This document shows positions 59,801-64,000 of a stretch of 64,000 nucleotides of DNA, piece by piece. Location of the stretch: NCBI RefSeq assembly GCF_009914755.1, contig NC_060942.1; one strand, given 5' to 3'. This stretch comes from the human T2T-CHM13v2.0 reference genome, Homo sapiens. The position numbers and the translations under genes were made by a program. Numbering within the stretch: the stretch's first letter is position 1; each line of letters starts with the position of its first letter. The notes below the pieces were generated by a model. It had not been told where the DNA came from. It saw only the letters and a program-made list of their open reading frames with translations, and made no database searches.

Positions 59801-60950
59801 ATATAATTATGACCTCATAGTTTAGTATGCATGCATACAGATATAGAAATAAATATAAATACTTTTTTATACCTTGATTGGTGTGGAGACGTATATTTCC
59901 TACCTCTGGCCACTGAGAGGGTCCAGGAGCAATGACACTCCAGTAGCAAAGTCCATACCTATAGCAAAGATGTTGGTTTTGAAATACCATTATCTAATAA
60001 AAGGAACTAGGACTCCTTGGAGAAGCAGTTGATTTTAGGGCTTAGAACATCTGTCTGTGATGTCAAAAAATAAGGGCTTAAAAAGGATAGGGGCATGTCA
60101 AAAGGACATGGGACCAACCTGAAGGTGCTTCTAATAGCCAAAACTGGAACAATTTAGGCAACAAAATGATATATTTTATGGAATTATAATCTATAGAATA
60201 AAATACCCATGAAGCCATACTATTAGAATAAATAAATAAATGAAGGATAAGGGACAGCTCTTACAGAAGGATTCTGGTTAATAAATATAGCAAGAATCAG
60301 GGAAATCTTTATTAGGCGAAGATCACAGAAGTAATTGTTGCAGACAAGATTCAGGGGTGGATGTTAAAATCAGTATATTTAACACAGCCTTCAAGTTTTT
60401 CCTCCCAAGATATGTATCAGTTGCAAAGGGAAAGTTGATTTCTCCACTGTAATTCGTTAGCTTAAACAAATGATGAAGGGTAGCGTTGTCAGTAATAAAA
60501 CATTTCAACGTCAGATTTTCCTTGGAATGATACACTTGCAAGGACATATCTGTGATATTCTAGTCAAAGGGCATACCTTTAATCTAATCTTGAGAAAACA
60601 TCCCAACTGAGAGACATTCTACAAAATGAACCATTATTCACCAAAAATGTCAGAGTCTTGGAAGAGAAGATGAACCATGTCAGGAACTGTCACAGATTGA
60701 AGAAGACTAAAGAGACATGACAACTAAATACAGTGTGGGATCTAGAAGTGGATGTGGGAACCAAAAAGGGCGCTGGTGAAGCTTAAACCAGGTCTGTAGG
60801 CTAATGAGTAGGATTCTACCAATACTAATTTTGATAATCATACAATGGTTATGTAAGTTGACCTTAGAAGAATCTGAGTGAAGAATTCTGTGAAATCTCT
60901 GTATTTATGCAAGTTTTCTGGAAGCCAAAAATTATTTCAAAATAGTTCTT
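56830..60950 (+). mobile_element. Cluster of sense L1M fragments (L1ME, short L1MA 3' end at about 57600-57712, L1MC/MD)
   Basis: gtatcaaaacatcacatgtacccc; tataaagatgtcaattttc; aaggaaatgcaaattaaaagcacaatg; actaaagagacatgacaactaaat. Confidence 0.8.
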
Positions 60951-62022
60951 AAAAAGCGGTTCTTCCTAGGTAGCAGAATAAAGATAGATTTATATTTTAT
61001 AGTAGTATAAGTAATACTATATTTCAAAGTAGCTGATTATGTTAAGAATTAAGAATAGCAATTTAATGTTTCTATTCCTTCCCCAATATTTCTCCCTTTC
61101 CAGTTTTCGAGGGTGCTATACAACCCATGGGTAGAAAGTTTGGTACAGTTTTATTTATAGATTTAAAAATAGAAGCATAATAATTAGAGATTTTTAGCAT
61201 ATATCATTGTGTTATTAGGTAGGTCTTGGAATAGAGAGTATATTTTTCACATTCAACTTTATCCATGTCCATTAAGCCATGATGCTTCTTACCTCTAATT
61301 CATTATTTTAAATAGGTATATTTTTCCCCACTATATTACATGAAATAAAGTTGAAACAAAATATTAGAGTAAGTCATATTCTGAATTTTGTTTGTTGCTA
61401 GTCATAGGAGAAAAAAAGAAAAATCTTCCATGCTGTCCTCAAAGTTTTAAAAATTCTTATATTAAAGACACAATAATGTGTTTCTAAGGTATTGCCTAAA
61501 TTCCTGAAAATTTTAAGGCATCTTTTGTTTTACCTTTTCAGAGTGTTTTTCTTCTGCACATGCCCATTGCAATTAATTGGTATTTTCCTTGAGCCCACAC
61601 TAAGGAAAGCTACCCATGGGAATTAGATCCCAGTACAACATACTTTTCATTTGTTACCTTTAGTTTTGTATTTTATTGTTTTAAAAAAAAATCATTCTAG
61701 ACTGTACAAGCCTGAAACTAATCTTGACTATATCTAATGTGTAAGAAATAAATGCTTTTTGTGTTAACGATTTCTGATCATCATATAAGCTTTAAGAATA
61801 AAGGAGTTTTATATTTCCATTGACAAAGTGCTGACACATTGATAAACAAGTAACTTTAGAAATAATCCCTAAGAATTCAATATGTGCTTTAAAGTTTTGC
61901 ATTATTTATGTGTGCCTAGGTGATGACTGTCTGATTTATGCTCCAAACCTGTAGATTTTCTCCTTTAAGCAAATAAGAGTACATCATGATTAATAAGTGA
62001 TCTCTGAATTAAGCTCACTGGA

Positions 62023-62034
62023 CACATATATATA

Positions 62035-62070
<36 letters not shown>
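62023..62070. repeat. (TA)n(TG)n(TA)n compound microsatellite
   Basis: Seen directly. Confidence 0.95.
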
Positions 62071-62359
62071 AAATTGTTAATGGCATTTTGATTTAGGCAT
62101 TTTAGTAAATTTTCACTGTTATCAGAAATTTTATCTTGTCATCTATAGAGTAGACGGGCTGGACACTTTGGAGAACTTTTATAGTAACTGAATTGTACTA
62201 CTTCATGATTTTGTAAAGAAAAGAGAAGGTAGAATTTTCTAGAATACTATTAAAGCTATGTAGTAGTCTCCAAGCCAGAGAAGTAAAAGCGGTTACTTTA
62301 GGTAGTGTAAAGTTGGTTCCCATTCATTCTTGAAGGGAGATGGAGAGGAAGGGAGGTAA

Positions 62360-62970
62360 ATCAGTCAGGAAATAGAAACCACATCAGTTACCTAAACAGT
62401 GGAAGTTTAATACAAAGAGCTTCTCACTAGCAGAAAATGATTAACTACTAAAAGAGGTAAAAAGAGACTCAGGGGTCCAGAGATACTGTGTGCAAAATAT
62501 CAGCTACTACCTCGTCTAGGGTGCGGAAGAGTGGATAGTAAAGTGACTCAGGACTGGGAGAGGCCCTCCTCCAAGGCTAAGATTAGACTTCTTTAAAGAG
62601 TCAGTGATTCCTAGGGGAACATCGGGCTTGTAGATAATGAAATTTGCCAAAGTGGCCTACCGCTGCCTGTGAGTGGAGGCAGCTTGGTGCTAATCTGGAA
62701 GTTTCTTCAGGGATGGGGGCTAGAGCTGATGGGCTGGTCCAAGCTGGTCTATAGACACAGCCTGCCATTTTCCAAGGGTTAGGCCATCCACAGCAGCTTG
62801 GGGAGGGAAGTGTTTTTCCCCTTGCCGGATCTCTCCATTGACCTCTATCAATGAAGCTTAACATTCTGCCAGCTGGCAAAGGACATGTTTCCAGAGTCCA
62901 GCTCCAGTATTGCAAAGCAGTAGGTAAACAATGAATTTAGAGCTGAGATACTATACATTGCTAACTGTTC
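62360..62970. mobile_element. Ancient LTR (LTR78/79-like, family uncertain)
   Basis: tcagtcaggaaatagaaaccacatcagtta..tttaatacaaaga; aagcttaacattctgccagctggcaaagga. Confidence 0.5.
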
Positions 62971-63077
62971 TAGAAGGAATAATTTACTGTTATAATTCTA
63001 AATACAGTCTCATAAATCAAAACTTTCACATCACTAAAATTTTATTATCTGCTTGGTTCTTTATAATGCTAATCATG

Positions 63078-63208
63078 GGCTAGGCATGATGGCTCATGCC
63101 TGTAATCCCAGCACTTGGGGAGGCTGAGGCCGAAGGATTGCTTGAGGCCAGGAGTTTAACACCAGTGTGGGCATAGCAAGACCGTGTCTTTGAAAATTTT
63201 TAAAAATA
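63078..63208 (+). mobile_element. FLAM-like Alu monomer
   Basis: Left monomer; TSD ataatgctaat(c/t)at at 63063-63076 and 63209-63222. Confidence 0.88.
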
Positions 63209-64000
63209 ATAATGCTAATTATATTCTCTATAAATAGTTATTATAATGTCATTGTCTTAAGTTTTGAAAGGACAATCCAGAAATTGTTCTCTATTTTGTT
63301 GCTTTCTGGGAAGTACTCTTATCATAGCTGGGTAGATCTCTAGGCAGTATAGTCATGGGGTAGGTTTGAAAACCAGGCCATGCCTCAAAAAATGAATTCT
63401 ACCTCTGTAGAGTAAGCACAACTAACTCCATTTTGCATTTACAGATAAATAAATGATGGTTGGCAACTGTTGTCCCCAAATTTGCATTTCAATGGCCTAG
63501 TAATGTCCCATCGCTTACCTAGTACTTCACAGGGATGTTAGTGATAAGGAATAATTAATGATCTGTTAACAAGATCACATCTTTGATTATAATGTACAAT
63601 AGATGTACAAATTCTATATTTAACTTTTATTTGCCTTTTAATTGCTATGGATTTCTGAGCCTGCTACTAGGTGCTTTATCAGACTGAAGAAATGGTCCCT
63701 ATAATCTCTTATCCTCAGTCCCAGTGGTCATTACAATGTATTTTCTCCAAAATAGAAAAGGCAACCTAGTTGCATTGTATGTTGTAAAATGTTGGAGTGC
63801 CATCCATTTTAGCTGCGGTTGTCAGTTCACTGGGACAGCATTCTGGGAGTAAAGAAAGAATAAAAATGGCAAGCAGAGGATTTACTAGTGTCTTTGTGTT
63901 CATGGTTTGAAGGGCAAATACTACTATTGGCAAGTGGAGAATTCTTCAGACTTTTAAGTGCTAGAGAAGAGTTTCAGGCTTGTTAAGCTCAAGCTCATTT

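Overview
Primate (most likely human) genomic DNA, AT-rich and CpG-poor, lying inside the WDR7 (rabconnectin-3 beta/TRAG) gene on the + strand. The only supported host coding sequence is one 222-nt internal exon (41913-42134, phase 1-1); the rest is intron. That intron holds about 15 Alu/FLAM elements, L1, L2 and MIR fragments, a full-length MaLR (MSTB) provirus with a nested THE1A LTR, MER21 and LTR16 LTRs and DNA-transposon fossils (MER2, MADE1, MER5, MER58). A repeat-poor block at about 21.7-37 kb contains enhancer-like patches. The most notable structures are: a rearranged L1PB insertion (5' inversion, large internal loss, probable 3' transduction, TSD, nested AluY); a 154-bp non-tandem local duplication; a 34-bp direct repeat bracketing the exon; and a candidate 12-nt in-frame microexon. 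Almost all listed ORFs are repeat-derived or chance. I see no evidence of a new multi-gene system. Gene and repeat subfamily names come from recalled sequences, not from a search, and the boundaries of old repeats are approximate.
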